From contig JAFQTN010000007.1 of the NCBI GenBank assembly GCA_017409025.1, positions 3,038 to 67,037 of the forward strand: DNA of 64,000 nt, written 5' to 3'. How positions within the stretch are numbered: the first letter of the stretch is position 1; the number at the start of each line of letters is the position of its first letter. Shown here in pieces: positions 31,347-42,039 of the stretch. The stretch is from Bacilli bacterium. Lineage in GTDB: Bacteria > Bacillota_I > Bacilli_A > RF39 > UBA660. The notes below the pieces were generated by a model that did not search any database, was not told where the DNA came from, and worked only from the letters and a program-made list of their open reading frames with translations. The position numbers were made by a program, and so were the translations under genes.

Positions 31347-32270
31347 ATGAGTTTTTCTACGGATATAAAGAATGAAGTGACTAGGTTAGATTCTACTAGG
31401 GAAGAATTAATTAGTGAATTATCTGCTATAGTTAGAAATAGTGCATTAATAGATAGAAGTATCGTTATTACTATTGAGAATAATTCTGTTGCTAGAAGAA
31501 TATTTAAGTTATTTAAGAATGTTTATGATATAACTCCAATTATTACCGTTAGAAAGAAATATTTTAATAATGGTTTATCTTATATATTAGAAATTAAGAA
31601 TAAGAATAAGCAAATATTAGATGATTTATCAATTATAAATAATGGTGAGTATAAATCTATTCCTTTAGAATATATATATTCTGATGATGATTTGGTTAGA
31701 GCTTATCTTAGAGGAGTATTTTTATCATGTGGTAGTATAAATGATCCGAAAACTTCAAAATATCATTTAGAACTACTTGTAGATACTTTGGAATATGCTA
31801 ATTTTATTAGTAAATTACTTAATGATAATGATTTAAATAGTAGGGTAATTTCTCGTGAGAAAAAGTATATGGTATATATAAAAGAGGCTGAGAAGATTAG
31901 TGATTTTTTAAGAATAATTAAGGCTTATAATGCAGTAATGTATTATGAAGATATACGTATATATAGAGATCATAAGAATATGACTAATAGACTTAATAAT
32001 TGTGAACAGGCTAATATGGATAAGATATTTTTTACGGCATCTAATCAGATTAGAGATATAGAAAAATTAAAAGAATATGATATGATGGATTTAATTGATG
32101 AGAAACTTAAAATAGTAATTGAATATAGGGTTAAGTATCCAGAGGCTAGTTTAAATGATCTTAGTGATATTATCAGTTTAGAAACCGGGAATAAGATTAG
32201 TAAATCGGGTTTAAATCATAGGTTTAGAAAAATTAGAGAGATTGTTGCTAATATAGAAAATAAAGATTGA
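31347..32270 (+). CDS. whiA: Cell division/DNA-binding protein WhiA
   Basis: MSFS..IKNE, YLRGVFL..GSINDP..KYHLE, NRLNNCEQAN, SKSGLNHR. Confidence 0.95.
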   Translation: MSFSTDIKNEVTRLDSTREELISELSAIVRNSALIDRSIVITIENNSVARRIFKLFKNVYDITPIITVRKKYFNNGLSYILEIKNKNKQILDDLSIINNGEYKSIPLEYIYSDDDLVRAYLRGVFLSCGSINDPKTSKYHLELLVDTLEYANFISKLLNDNDLNSRVISREKKYMVYIKEAEKISDFLRIIKAYNAVMYYEDIRIYRDHKNMTNRLNNCEQANMDKIFFTASNQIRDIEKLKEYDMMDLIDEKLKIVIEYRVKYPEASLNDLSDIISLETGNKISKSGLNHRFRKIREIVANIENKD

Positions 32271-32295
32271 TAAAATATAAAAAGAATGTTATAAT
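32267..32295 (+). promoter_or_regulatory. SigA promoter of tyrS leader
   Basis: TTGATA-N17-TATAAT with extended TG. Confidence 0.7.
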
Positions 32296-32319
32296 TAGTT
32301 TGTGAGTTATTAGTATTTT

Positions 32320-32495
32320 AAATAAAGAAGTAGTTATTATTTTATAATTATAGAGAGTTAGTGGTTGGTGGAAACTAATATATTGATAATAATGAATTAC
32401 ATATTTATAGCTAATCGGGTGAAACCGTTATCTAATTAAGGAAATAAAAGGATGGTACCGTCTTCAAGAGACTCCTTTGGTATCATTCTTTTTTG
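32320..32495 (+). promoter_or_regulatory. T-box riboswitch (Tyr)
   Basis: AGAGA and GGTGGAA stem-I motifs, specifier TAC at 32398-32400, CCGTTA, antiterminator AAGGATGGTACCGTC...GACTCCTTT. Confidence 0.85.
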
Positions 32496-32513
32496 TTTGT
32501 TTAGGAGGTATTT

Positions 32514-32846
32514 ATGGATAAAAAATATTTTAGTAGAGCTGGTAATTTAGATGAGAATTTTTTTAAAAGACCTGGAGATATTCCAGAAACACCTAGAAAA
32601 AATACTTTAAGATCAATAGATAATATAGAAGAATATTTGCTTAAAGTAGTTAGTGGTAAGAAATATGATTATGTTTGTGAACTTGGTACTTTAGTAGGTG
32701 GAGGAAATACAATAGTAGATATTAATAGATTACAAGAAATGGTAAATTCAGGTTTTAATATTATTAGTGCTGAATATATAAATGATAATATGATAATGGT
32801 TGAATTTCAAGAATTTAGAAAAGATACAAGAGGAATTAGGAGGTAA
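32514..32846 (+). CDS. Hypothetical protein (paralog of next ORF)
   Basis: AGGAGG RBS; EEYLLKVVSG...GFNII...VEFQ. Confidence 0.7.
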   Translation: MDKKYFSRAGNLDENFFKRPGDIPETPRKNTLRSIDNIEEYLLKVVSGKKYDYVCELGTLVGGGNTIVDINRLQEMVNSGFNIISAEYINDNMIMVEFQEFRKDTRGIRR

Positions 32847-32848
32847 AT

Positions 32849-33169
32849 ATGTCTTATTATAAAAATAGTGATGGTATTGGACAGGATATGATGTCTTCAG
32901 ATAGTTTTTTTAGAGGTCATACACCAAAAAGTGGACCATATACTGAAGAAGAAGTTAGAGAATACTTAGATATTGTAGTAAGTGGAACGATGATTCCAGG
33001 TGCTAGTGAATGTGGTAAAATGTATGTAAGTTTTGAAAAATTAAAAGAATTAGTGGATGAAGGATATAATATTATAAGGTTATTAAATCCAGAAGATGTA
33101 AATCCACATAAAATATATATAGAATATCAAAAATGTGATAAAGTAAATAATAATAAACACGGGAGGTAA
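32849..33169 (+). CDS. Hypothetical protein (paralog of previous ORF)
   Basis: REYLDIVVSG...GYNII...IEYQ. Confidence 0.7.
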   Translation: MSYYKNSDGIGQDMMSSDSFFRGHTPKSGPYTEEEVREYLDIVVSGTMIPGASECGKMYVSFEKLKELVDEGYNIIRLLNPEDVNPHKIYIEYQKCDKVNNNKHGR

Positions 33170-33173
33170 TAAA

Positions 33174-34400
33174 ATGACATTATTTGAAGATTTAAAATGG
33201 AGAGGATTAGTACAAGATATTAGTGATGATGCATTAATAGATAAATTAAACAATGAAAGTCTAACTTTTTATATAGGAACAGATCCAACTGCGGATTCTA
33301 TGCATATTGGACACTATTCATCGTTTCTAATTAGTAAAAGGTTAGCAAAATATGGACATAAACCAATACTTTTAGTAGGGGGAGCCACTGGTTTGATTGG
33401 AGATCCTAAACCTACTGCTGAAAGGCCTATGATATCTAAAGAAGAAGTAGAACATAACTTTAAAGGATTAAAGAAACAAGCTGAAGAAATTTTTGGATTT
33501 GAGGTTGTTAATAACTTTGATTGGACTAAAGATATTAATGTAATTGATTTCTTAAGAGATTATGGTAAATATTTTAATATTAATTATATGTTAGCGAAAG
33601 ATAAAGTAAAATCAAGAATGGAAAGTGGAATTACATATGCAGAATTTTCATATATGATTTTACAAGCATTAGATTTTATGTATTTATATGAAAATAGAAA
33701 TTGTATATTACAAGTAGCAGGATCAGATCAATGGGGAAATATAACATCAGGAATTGAACTTGTTAGAAAGAAATTAGGAAAAGAAATATATGGTATGGTT
33801 ATGCCACTTGTGACTGATTCTAATGGGGTTAAATTTGGAAAAACTGAAGGTAATGCTTTATGGTTAGATAAAAATAAAACATCATCATATGAACTATATC
33901 AATACCTAATTAACTTAGAAGACTCTATGATTATTGATTACTTGAAGAAGTTGACATTCTTAACTAAAGAAGAAATCGAAGCAATAGAAGAAAGTCATAA
34001 AGAAAATCCACATCTAAGAGAAGCTCATAAGAGATTGGCTAAAGAAATTATAACTGATTTACATGGCGAGGAAGAATATAATAAAGCAGTAATGATGAGT
34101 GAAGCGCTATTTACTGGTAAATTTAATGATTTAAATAAGAACGAAATAGAAGAATTATTTAATGGATACAATAAAATAGAAGTATCTGTTGGTTTAAATA
34201 TAATGGATTTACTTCTTAATATGGGAATTGCTAATAGTAAAAGAGAAGCAAAAGAATATATAACTGGAAATGCAATCTCTATTAATGGAGAAAAAGTTAA
34301 CGATTTAGAATATATTATTAGTGATAAAGATTTCTTAGATAAAACATATATTATTGTAAAAAGAGGAAAGAAAAATTACTATATTGGTATAAATAAATAG
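33174..34400 (+). CDS. tyrS: Tyrosine--tRNA ligase
   Basis: DPTADSMHIGH, GSDQWGNI, KFGKT, C-terminal S4 domain. Confidence 0.97.
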   Translation: MTLFEDLKWRGLVQDISDDALIDKLNNESLTFYIGTDPTADSMHIGHYSSFLISKRLAKYGHKPILLVGGATGLIGDPKPTAERPMISKEEVEHNFKGLKKQAEEIFGFEVVNNFDWTKDINVIDFLRDYGKYFNINYMLAKDKVKSRMESGITYAEFSYMILQALDFMYLYENRNCILQVAGSDQWGNITSGIELVRKKLGKEIYGMVMPLVTDSNGVKFGKTEGNALWLDKNKTSSYELYQYLINLEDSMIIDYLKKLTFLTKEEIEAIEESHKENPHLREAHKRLAKEIITDLHGEEEYNKAVMMSEALFTGKFNDLNKNEIEELFNGYNKIEVSVGLNIMDLLLNMGIANSKREAKEYITGNAISINGEKVNDLEYIISDKDFLDKTYIIVKRGKKNYYIGINK

Positions 34401-34409
34401 GAGTATTGT

Positions 34410-35273
34410 ATGAAAAAGAAGTTCTTAGATAGAAGGGATGGTACTAGATTAAAATCTGGTGGATTCGAAAAAATTTGGTATGCACTAAAAAGTAAAAGAA
34501 GTGAGAATGAAGTACATATATTAAAAGAAATAGATGTTACTGAATTAAAAAAATATTATGAAAAACTAAAAAAAGATAATAAAGATATTACTTATTTTCA
34601 TTTATTTTCTACGGCTACTGCTAAAATTCTTTATAATAAACCATTATTAAATAGATTTGTAATTAATGGGAGTTGTTATAAAAGAAATGATATAAGTTTA
34701 TCTTTTGTAGCTAAAACAGAATTTACTGATGATGCTAAAGAATTATTTACTGTAATGAAAGTAGATAAAGAAGATAATCTTAATACAATTAGTAAAAAAA
34801 TATTAGGTGATGTAAAAAAAGTTAGAAGTAATCAAGGAAATAATACTGACGATTTCATGGATAAATTAAAAATATTACCTAAATTCTTAATAAAAATTAT
34901 TACTTGGTTAATTAAATTTTTAGATAATCATGATTTATTACCAAGTTCATTAACTGATGGAAGTATCTATCATAGTACAGTACTTTTATCTAATTTGGGT
35001 AGTATTCATTGTGATGGAATATATCATAACTTAACTAATTTTGGAACTAATTCTATTGTAGTTACTATTGGTGAAATAAAAGAAAGTGTAAAAGTAATTG
35101 ATGGAAAAATAGAGAAAAGAGCTGTATGTCAATTTGGTATAACACTAGATGAAAGAATTGCTGATGGTGTATATTTTGCTAAATGTGTTAATATGTTAGA
35201 GTATATATTAAATAATCCTAATTTATTGGAGGATAGAGTAGATGCTAAAGTCAATCTTACTGAGAATAAATAA
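34410..35273 (+). CDS. 2-oxoacid dehydrogenase E2 acyltransferase catalytic-domain-like protein
   Basis: LSNLGSI, TLDERIADG (DHRxxDG-like); no lipoyl domain. Confidence 0.75.
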   Translation: MKKKFLDRRDGTRLKSGGFEKIWYALKSKRSENEVHILKEIDVTELKKYYEKLKKDNKDITYFHLFSTATAKILYNKPLLNRFVINGSCYKRNDISLSFVAKTEFTDDAKELFTVMKVDKEDNLNTISKKILGDVKKVRSNQGNNTDDFMDKLKILPKFLIKIITWLIKFLDNHDLLPSSLTDGSIYHSTVLLSNLGSIHCDGIYHNLTNFGTNSIVVTIGEIKESVKVIDGKIEKRAVCQFGITLDERIADGVYFAKCVNMLEYILNNPNLLEDRVDAKVNLTENK

Positions 35274-36993
35274 ATTTGTTAGTGATGTCTTGGATAAAAT
35301 TACTAAAAAAGAACCTTGGTATAAATATTATGATAAGGGTGATAAGATAAATTATCCTGATTTAACTATTTATGAACTTATTGCTAAAACAGCTGAGATG
35401 TATCCAAATAATTATGCATTTTTATACTATGGTAAAAAAATTAGTTATAGGGAATTTCTTATCAGGATAAAGAAAACTGCTAGTGCTTTACTTGAATTAG
35501 GAGTCAAAGAAGGAGATAGAGTAACTATTTGTATGCCTAATACTCCTGTAGCAATAATTACTTTTTATGCTATTAATATGATAGGTGCTACTGCTAGTAT
35601 GATTCATCCATTGTCAAGTGAAAATGAAATAGAATTTTATTTAAATGAAGCAAGTAGTAAACATATATTAACTATCGATTTAGTATATGATAAATTAATG
35701 AAAGTTATTGATAAAACCAAGGTAGAGAATATTATTGTAAGTAGTGTTAGTGATGATATGAATAGTTTTATGCATTTTATGTATTGGTTCTTTAATGGAA
35801 GAAAAAATAAAATTGTAAAGAATGAAAAATCTATTTTCTACAAAGACTTTATTAAAAAAGGTATATATATAAAAGAGTTTGAATGCGCGAAGAGAGGTCA
35901 AGATGATGAAGCAGTAATATTATATAGTGGAGGAACAACTGGTAGTCCTAAGGGAATAGTTTTGACTAACTTAAATTTTAATGCGTTGGCTATGCAATGT
36001 CATTTAATGTGTCATCCAGCTAAAGCAGGAGATTCTATTTTAGCAATATTACCAATATTTCATGGTTTTGGATTGGGTGTTTCTATACATACTCCTTTAT
36101 ATATTGGTATGCAAGTTATATTAGTTCCTGATTTTAGCCCAAGAAAATTTGGTAGTTTGATAAAAAAATATAAACCTAATTTTATTACTGGAGTTCCTAC
36201 TTTATATGAAGCATTATTAAAAACTAAATTAGGTAAGAATGATTTGTCTTCTTTGACTTGTGTTGTTAGTGGTGGAGATACTTTAATACCATCATTTAAA
36301 AAGAAAATAGATGAATTTCTATTAAAGCATGGTTCAAAGACTAAAGTTAGATGTGGATATGGATTAACTGAATCTACTGGTGCTAGTTGTTTGAATCCGA
36401 AGAATGAATATAGAGATAACAGTATTGGTATTCCTTTACCAGATATGTTATATAAGATTGTTAAAATAGGAACACTAACTGAAGCTAATACTATGGAAGA
36501 TGGAGAAATATGTATAAATGGACCTACTGTTATGAAAGGTTATTTAAATAATCCTGAAGAAACTAATAAGACGTTAGTAAAACATCCTGATGGAAAAGTA
36601 TGGCTTCATACTGGTGATATTGGTTGTATGGATAAAGATGGTTTTATTTATTTTAAACAAAGATTAAAAAGACTGATCGTTTCATCTGGTTATAATATAT
36701 ATCCTTCATATGTGGAAGATATTATATGTAGTCATCCTTTAGTTGATCAGGCAGTAGTTATTGGTATTCCACATGAATATAAAAAACAAGTTGCTAAGGC
36801 ATATATAGTATTAAAAAAAGGAGAAAAACCAAGTATTAGTACTAAGAAAAAAATAAAAAAATATTGTGAAGAAAAATTATCTAAATATTCATGGCCTTAT
36901 GAATATGAATTTAGGGATAGTCTTCCAACAACATTAGTTGGTAAGGTAGCATATAAAAAATTAGAAGAAGAAAATAACAAGAAAGGAGAATAG
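35242..36993 (+). CDS. Long-chain fatty acid--CoA ligase (AMP-binding)
   Basis: YSGGTTGSPKG, GYGLTE, WLHTGDIG, LPTTLVGK. Confidence 0.9.
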   Translation: MLKSILLRINKFVSDVLDKITKKEPWYKYYDKGDKINYPDLTIYELIAKTAEMYPNNYAFLYYGKKISYREFLIRIKKTASALLELGVKEGDRVTICMPNTPVAIITFYAINMIGATASMIHPLSSENEIEFYLNEASSKHILTIDLVYDKLMKVIDKTKVENIIVSSVSDDMNSFMHFMYWFFNGRKNKIVKNEKSIFYKDFIKKGIYIKEFECAKRGQDDEAVILYSGGTTGSPKGIVLTNLNFNALAMQCHLMCHPAKAGDSILAILPIFHGFGLGVSIHTPLYIGMQVILVPDFSPRKFGSLIKKYKPNFITGVPTLYEALLKTKLGKNDLSSLTCVVSGGDTLIPSFKKKIDEFLLKHGSKTKVRCGYGLTESTGASCLNPKNEYRDNSIGIPLPDMLYKIVKIGTLTEANTMEDGEICINGPTVMKGYLNNPEETNKTLVKHPDGKVWLHTGDIGCMDKDGFIYFKQRLKRLIVSSGYNIYPSYVEDIICSHPLVDQAVVIGIPHEYKKQVAKAYIVLKKGEKPSISTKKKIKKYCEEKLSKYSWPYEYEFRDSLPTTLVGKVAYKKLEEENNKKGE

Positions 36994-36995
36994 AT

Positions 36996-37826
36996 ATGAT
37001 TTTAGATGGTAAAAAAATTAAAAATCAAATACTAGATGAATTAAAAGATGAAGTTAATAATCTAACAATCAAACCTAAATTAGTAGTAATTCAAGTTGGT
37101 AATAATGAAGCTAGTAATGTATATATAAAACAGAAAAATAATATGTGTAATTATATAGGTTATAATTTTGAACATTTTAAATTAGATGAAGATACTAATA
37201 TAGATAACTTATTGGAATTAATATATAAATTAAATAATGATGATAGTGTTAATGGAATACTTGTGCAATTACCATTACCAAAACATATTGATTCAAATAA
37301 GATTATTAATGCAATATCTCCAGTTAAAGATGTAGATGGTTTAACTGATACAAATATTGGTATGTTATGTCATAAGAAAGATTCTCTATATTCTTGTACG
37401 CCTTATGGGGTTATGGAATTATTAGATAGATATGATATAGATGTAAGTGAGAAGAATGTAGTAATTGTTGGAAGAAGTGATTTAGTAGGGAAACCTATGA
37501 GTATGATGATGTTAAATAAAGATGCAACAGTTACTATATGTCATTCTAAAACTAATAATTTGACGGAATTTACTAAAAAAGCAGATATCTTAATTGTAGC
37601 TATAGGAAAACCAAATTTTATAACTACTGATATGATAAGAGAAGATGCTATAGTTATAGATGTTGGAATATCTAGGACAGAATTAGGACTATGTGGAGAT
37701 GTGGATTTTGATAGCGTAAAAGATAAAGTAAAATATATTACACCAGTACCTGGTGGAGTAGGTCCAATGACTGTAGCGATGCTTGGTAAAAATATTTTAA
37801 AAGCTTATAAATTACAAAACAAATAA
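36996..37826 (+). CDS. folD: Bifunctional methylenetetrahydrofolate dehydrogenase/cyclohydrolase
   Basis: GILVQLPLP, KDVDG, GRSDLVGKP, TPVPGGVGPMT. Confidence 0.97.
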   Translation: MILDGKKIKNQILDELKDEVNNLTIKPKLVVIQVGNNEASNVYIKQKNNMCNYIGYNFEHFKLDEDTNIDNLLELIYKLNNDDSVNGILVQLPLPKHIDSNKIINAISPVKDVDGLTDTNIGMLCHKKDSLYSCTPYGVMELLDRYDIDVSEKNVVIVGRSDLVGKPMSMMMLNKDATVTICHSKTNNLTEFTKKADILIVAIGKPNFITTDMIREDAIVIDVGISRTELGLCGDVDFDSVKDKVKYITPVPGGVGPMTVAMLGKNILKAYKLQNK

Positions 37827-37986
37827 AGAAATTAGTTATTTAACTAGTTTCTTTTTAAATATAATAAAAAAGATTGATTTTAATTAAAAATTATGTTATG
37901 TTTATATGGACTGCAAAGAGTAATTTGATAGATAAAACGTTTTTTTAGATAAAAAGAACGTTTTTTTGCGTTGTTCGGAGGTGTTT

Positions 37987-39996
37987 ATGGAATTATCTAA
38001 AAAAGAGATAATACTTGAAGAGAAAAGGCTTGAAGATACTACTGATATCATACGTAGTAAGATATCAGAACTAGGTCAAGAACTATATGATAGAGATGAT
38101 AAAGTTCTTGAATTTAAAAAGTTTATGTGGGATAACAGAACTGATATGGATCCTACAGAACTTAAAACCATGATGAGTGATAATGACCTAGAAATTAGTA
38201 TGATGATGAATAAGGGGGAATATTTACAAAAATTATTTAAGGTTCAAAATAATCCATATTTTGGCTCAATAATATTTAATGATGGGAAAAATAAAGATGA
38301 AGTATATATTGGGATAACTCATGTAATCGATAATAAAAATAAATATTATGTACATGACTGGAGAAGTCCTATATGTAGTTTGTTTTATGATTATGAAGTT
38401 GGACCATGTAGTTATATGGCTCCGATGGGTAAAATTAATGGTAATATTGATAGAAAAAGACAATATACTATTAAAGATGCTAAACTACTTCATATATTTG
38501 ATAATAATATCAATATAGATGATGAATTATTACAAGAGGTACTTGCTAATGAATCTAATGATAAGATGAAGAATATTGTTAATACAATTCAAATGGAACA
38601 GAATAAGGTTATTAGAAATACTGATGATAAAACTTTAATAGTACAAGGAATAGCGGGTTCAGGTAAAACATCAGTTGCTCTTCATAGAATAGCATTTCTT
38701 TTGTATAAAATAGAAAATTTAAAATCTAATAATGTCTTGATATTTTCTCCGAATAAAGTATTTTCAGAATATATTTCTAACGTTTTACCAGAACTTGGTG
38801 AAGACAATACAATGCAGACAACAATTAATGATTTTCTTGATATGGAAATAAAAGAATTTAAAAAAGTAGAAAGTTTTACTTCATTTATTGAAAGAAGTTA
38901 TACTATTAGAGGTGATTTTGAATTTATTAAATATAAACAAAGTGATATGATATATGATGATATAGATAAATATATTGATAGTATTTGCAAGAATGTTAAG
39001 TTTATGGATGATTTATTTACAAGAGATTATAGTTATACTAAAGATGAACTTAATTATATGTTAAATAATAGATATGGAAAATTTCCTTTATGTGAAAGAA
39101 TTAAATTTATGGCTATAAAATTAAGTGAAGTAAATTTTAAAGGTAGACTTCATAAGGCTAAAACTATAGAAAAAGAATTATATGAAAGATTAAATATGGA
39201 TAGAGATTTAATCAAAATATATATTAATTTCTTTAGTAGTGAATTTAGTAAGATAAATAAAGATATTTCTTATATTAAAGATAATAAAAATATAATTCAC
39301 TATGATGATGCTTGTTTATATGTATATATGAAGTGTAAGTTATTTGGATATAACTATAATACATATATTAAACAAATAGTGATTGATGAAGCCCAAGATT
39401 ATAGTATGGGTCAATTAAAGCTAATAAATAAAATATTTAAGAATGCTTCTTATACGATACTTGGTGATGTTAATCAAACTATTAATCCATATTATAAATA
39501 TAATAGTTTAGAAGATTTAACAAAAATATTTGATAGTAGTAAGTATATAGAACTTACTAAAACATATAGATCATCAGAAGAAATAATTGAATTTAGTAAT
39601 AAAGTATTAGGTCTTAATCATGTAACTGCTATTAGAAGAAATACTAATATTCCAGTAATTGAAAGAGAAGAAGATAATTTATATGAACAACTTATTAGTG
39701 ATATTAATGAATGTAGAAAATATGGTAAGAGTATAGCAATAGTTACTAAAAATGATTCAGAATGTGATAGGATATATAAATTGTTTAAAGACACTGATAT
39801 ATCTAAGATAGATAATCAAAGTAAGAAGTTTAATAGAAAATTTGTTGTAGTTCCAGTATATATGGCTAAAGGATTAGAATTTGATAGTGTAATTATTTAT
39901 ACTGATAAAGATAATAAATATATGGAAAGTGAGAAATATTTATATTATGTTGCGATAACTAGAGCACAACACAAATTAATTGTTTATAATCAATAG
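37987..39996 (+). CDS. helD: HelD-like RNA polymerase recycling SF1 helicase/ATPase
   Basis: PYFG, DWRSP, GIAGSGKT..ALHRIAFLLY, IDEAQD, AKGLEFD, YVAITRA. Confidence 0.85.
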   Translation: MELSKKEIILEEKRLEDTTDIIRSKISELGQELYDRDDKVLEFKKFMWDNRTDMDPTELKTMMSDNDLEISMMMNKGEYLQKLFKVQNNPYFGSIIFNDGKNKDEVYIGITHVIDNKNKYYVHDWRSPICSLFYDYEVGPCSYMAPMGKINGNIDRKRQYTIKDAKLLHIFDNNINIDDELLQEVLANESNDKMKNIVNTIQMEQNKVIRNTDDKTLIVQGIAGSGKTSVALHRIAFLLYKIENLKSNNVLIFSPNKVFSEYISNVLPELGEDNTMQTTINDFLDMEIKEFKKVESFTSFIERSYTIRGDFEFIKYKQSDMIYDDIDKYIDSICKNVKFMDDLFTRDYSYTKDELNYMLNNRYGKFPLCERIKFMAIKLSEVNFKGRLHKAKTIEKELYERLNMDRDLIKIYINFFSSEFSKINKDISYIKDNKNIIHYDDACLYVYMKCKLFGYNYNTYIKQIVIDEAQDYSMGQLKLINKIFKNASYTILGDVNQTINPYYKYNSLEDLTKIFDSSKYIELTKTYRSSEEIIEFSNKVLGLNHVTAIRRNTNIPVIEREEDNLYEQLISDINECRKYGKSIAIVTKNDSECDRIYKLFKDTDISKIDNQSKKFNRKFVVVPVYMAKGLEFDSVIIYTDKDNKYMESEKYLYYVAITRAQHKLIVYNQ

Positions 39997-40099
39997 AGAA
40001 AGAAACAATTTGTTAGGAATAACAAGTTGTTTTTTTGTTTGATAATTCGTTAAATAATAAAATTTGTTTGTCCAAAATATGTCAAATTAATAATTTTAA

Positions 40100-40140
40100 A
40101 AAGTAAATAAAAAACTTTGTACGAATAATGTTATTGAAGG
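40100..40140 (+). promoter_or_regulatory. cin-box/SigH-ComX-like promoter motif, copy 2
   Basis: AAAGTAAAT-N11-TACGAATAATGTTATTGAAGG. Confidence 0.65.
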
Positions 40141-40148
40141 AGGAATTA

Positions 40149-41015
40149 ATGAAAGAAAATAAAATAGACACAATTACAAATTTATTTGAGGGTAGTGAAA
40201 TAAGAAGTATTTGGGATAGTGAAAAAGAAGATTATTATTTTAGTGTAGTTGATGTTATTAGTGCATTAACGGGAAGTAATAATCCAAGAAATTATTGGAA
40301 TATGCTTAAGAAAAGATTAATAGAAGATGATGGAAGTGAGTTGTACACAAAATGTGTACAACTGAAAATGAAATCTCAAAAAGATGGAAAGAACTATCTA
40401 ACAGATACACTGGATACTGAAGGAATCTTTAGACTTATTGAATCTGTTCCGAGTCCTAAAGCCGAACCATTTAAAATGTGGTTTGCTTCTTTAGGAAAAG
40501 AAAGAATTGATGAAGTATTTGATCCAGAAAAAGCAATTGATAGAGCGATTGATTATTATCGTAAAAAAGGTTATTCAGATAACTGGATTGAAACTAGATT
40601 AAAAGGAATTCTTAATCGCAAGAAATTAACAGATGTGTGGAAAGAGAATGGAATTACTGAAAATTATGAATATGCGATGCTAACTAATGAAATTTATAAA
40701 ACTTGGTCTGGTATGAAAGCTAATGAATATAAAGATTTTAAAGGTATTAGAAAAGAATCTTTAAGAGATAATATGACAGATATAGAAGTAATACTTACTG
40801 ATTTGGGTGAAATAACTGCAAGGGATATAGCAAAATATGAGCGTCCTCAAGGTTTGAAAGATAATTTAAAAGTTGCTAAAAGAGGTGGAGATGTATCTAA
40901 AATAGCAAGAGAAAGTTATGAGATACAAACTGGTAGACGTGCGATAACTAGTAGAAATAATCTCTATATAAAATATTCTGGTGATACTAAATTAACAACT
41001 AAAAATAAATTTTAG
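40149..41015 (+). CDS. Bro-N domain DNA-binding protein (phage antirepressor-like)
   Basis: IRSIWD...YYFSVVDVI, RNYW..LK.RL, RLIESVPSPKAEPFK.W, SLRDNMT; start ATG 40149. Confidence 0.85.
   Translation: MKENKIDTITNLFEGSEIRSIWDSEKEDYYFSVVDVISALTGSNNPRNYWNMLKKRLIEDDGSELYTKCVQLKMKSQKDGKNYLTDTLDTEGIFRLIESVPSPKAEPFKMWFASLGKERIDEVFDPEKAIDRAIDYYRKKGYSDNWIETRLKGILNRKKLTDVWKENGITENYEYAMLTNEIYKTWSGMKANEYKDFKGIRKESLRDNMTDIEVILTDLGEITARDIAKYERPQGLKDNLKVAKRGGDVSKIARESYEIQTGRRAITSRNNLYIKYSGDTKLTTKNKF
40339..40363. repeat. In-gene palindrome AGTTGTACACA-AAA-TGTGTACAACT (codes LYTKCVQL)
   Basis: Perfect 11-bp arms read directly. Confidence 0.9.
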
Positions 41016-41024
41016 AAAATAATA

Positions 41025-41053
41025 TTGCTTAATTTAATAAAGAATGTTATAAT
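41025..41053 (+). promoter_or_regulatory. SigA promoter of glyS leader
   Basis: TTGCTT-N17-TATAAT with extended TG. Confidence 0.65.
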
Positions 41054-41069
41054 CTAGTTAACTTATTAA

Positions 41070-41190
41070 TTAATGCGAAGACGGGCTTGGAAACCTATCA
41101 GCAATATGTATATATAGAGGGATTCTTATGAATAAGTAAAGTGGAACCGCGGCATTAGTCGTCTTTACAATTAAAGAATTTCTCTTTTTA
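41070..41190 (+). promoter_or_regulatory. T-box riboswitch (Gly, short stem I)
   Basis: T-box AAAGTGGAACCGCG at 41138-41151 with complementary GTCTTTAC; weak terminator tcttta/taaaga plus U-rich tail; upstream of glyS. Confidence 0.75.
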
Positions 41191-41210
41191 TTATTTTGGA
41201 GGTAGTAGTT

Positions 41211-42038
41211 ATGAGTGTAAAAATTGAAGGAATAGAAAGACTTAGGGCTAATTATTATAATAAAATAGTAATTAATCAGGATCCTGCTTATGGGAATTAT
41301 AGTGTTTCAGTAAAAGGTAATCCAATTAAACATGATACGGAACGTGTTGGTGAAAGATTTGGAGAAAGTTTTAAAAATAAAAGTGATGATGAACAAATAA
41401 GAGAAATAATTGAAGATTATCTTAGATATACTAAAATATGTGGATATACAGATTTAATACGTTTACCTGGTTATGGAGAAAAAAGATTTAATGTAGTATA
41501 TGGCAATTTTGGTTATAGGGAAATGTTACTTCGTTTGTTTAAATTTAATAAAGATTTTGGTGATATTTTAGGAAAAATACAACAGAAATATTATCAAGAT
41601 AGATTTGATTTTTGTTATGAAGAAAAAGGGATAAAAACATTTAAAATAAGTGCTGATGCAACTGGTACTGGTTATACTTTAGATTTAGATAAATTATATA
41701 GTGGTGCTAAAGAAGAAGAATATTTTAAACATATAATATTAATGGAAAAAGATTTTAGATTAACTGATTGTGAAAAAAAATTCATAGATGATTTTATAAT
41801 AAATATTTTTTCTAAATTTGGTGAAAAAATAGAAATCGAAAAAGTATATAATAGTGAATATGAATGGGCAAGAAGTAAAGTTACTGGATATATATTTAAA
41901 TGTGGTGATGTAAAAGTATATATTGATAATTGTTATCCATTATTGCATATTCTTGTAACAGTTGGTAATTATAATTTAAGTTTAGAAGCAAAAAAAGAAA
42001 ATAGTATGAAAAGACAATTGGCTATGGAGGGATTTTAA
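41211..42038 (+). CDS. Hypothetical protein
   Basis: GGAGG RBS, ATG 41211; coupled to glyS. Confidence 0.7.
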   Translation: MSVKIEGIERLRANYYNKIVINQDPAYGNYSVSVKGNPIKHDTERVGERFGESFKNKSDDEQIREIIEDYLRYTKICGYTDLIRLPGYGEKRFNVVYGNFGYREMLLRLFKFNKDFGDILGKIQQKYYQDRFDFCYEEKGIKTFKISADATGTGYTLDLDKLYSGAKEEEYFKHIILMEKDFRLTDCEKKFIDDFIINIFSKFGEKIEIEKVYNSEYEWARSKVTGYIFKCGDVKVYIDNCYPLLHILVTVGNYNLSLEAKKENSMKRQLAMEGF

Positions 42039-42039
42039 A

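Noticed and set aside
40149-41015. Prophage inferred from the Bro-N/antirepressor gene
   Set aside because: No integrase, structural or replication genes nearby; flanked by helD and glyS
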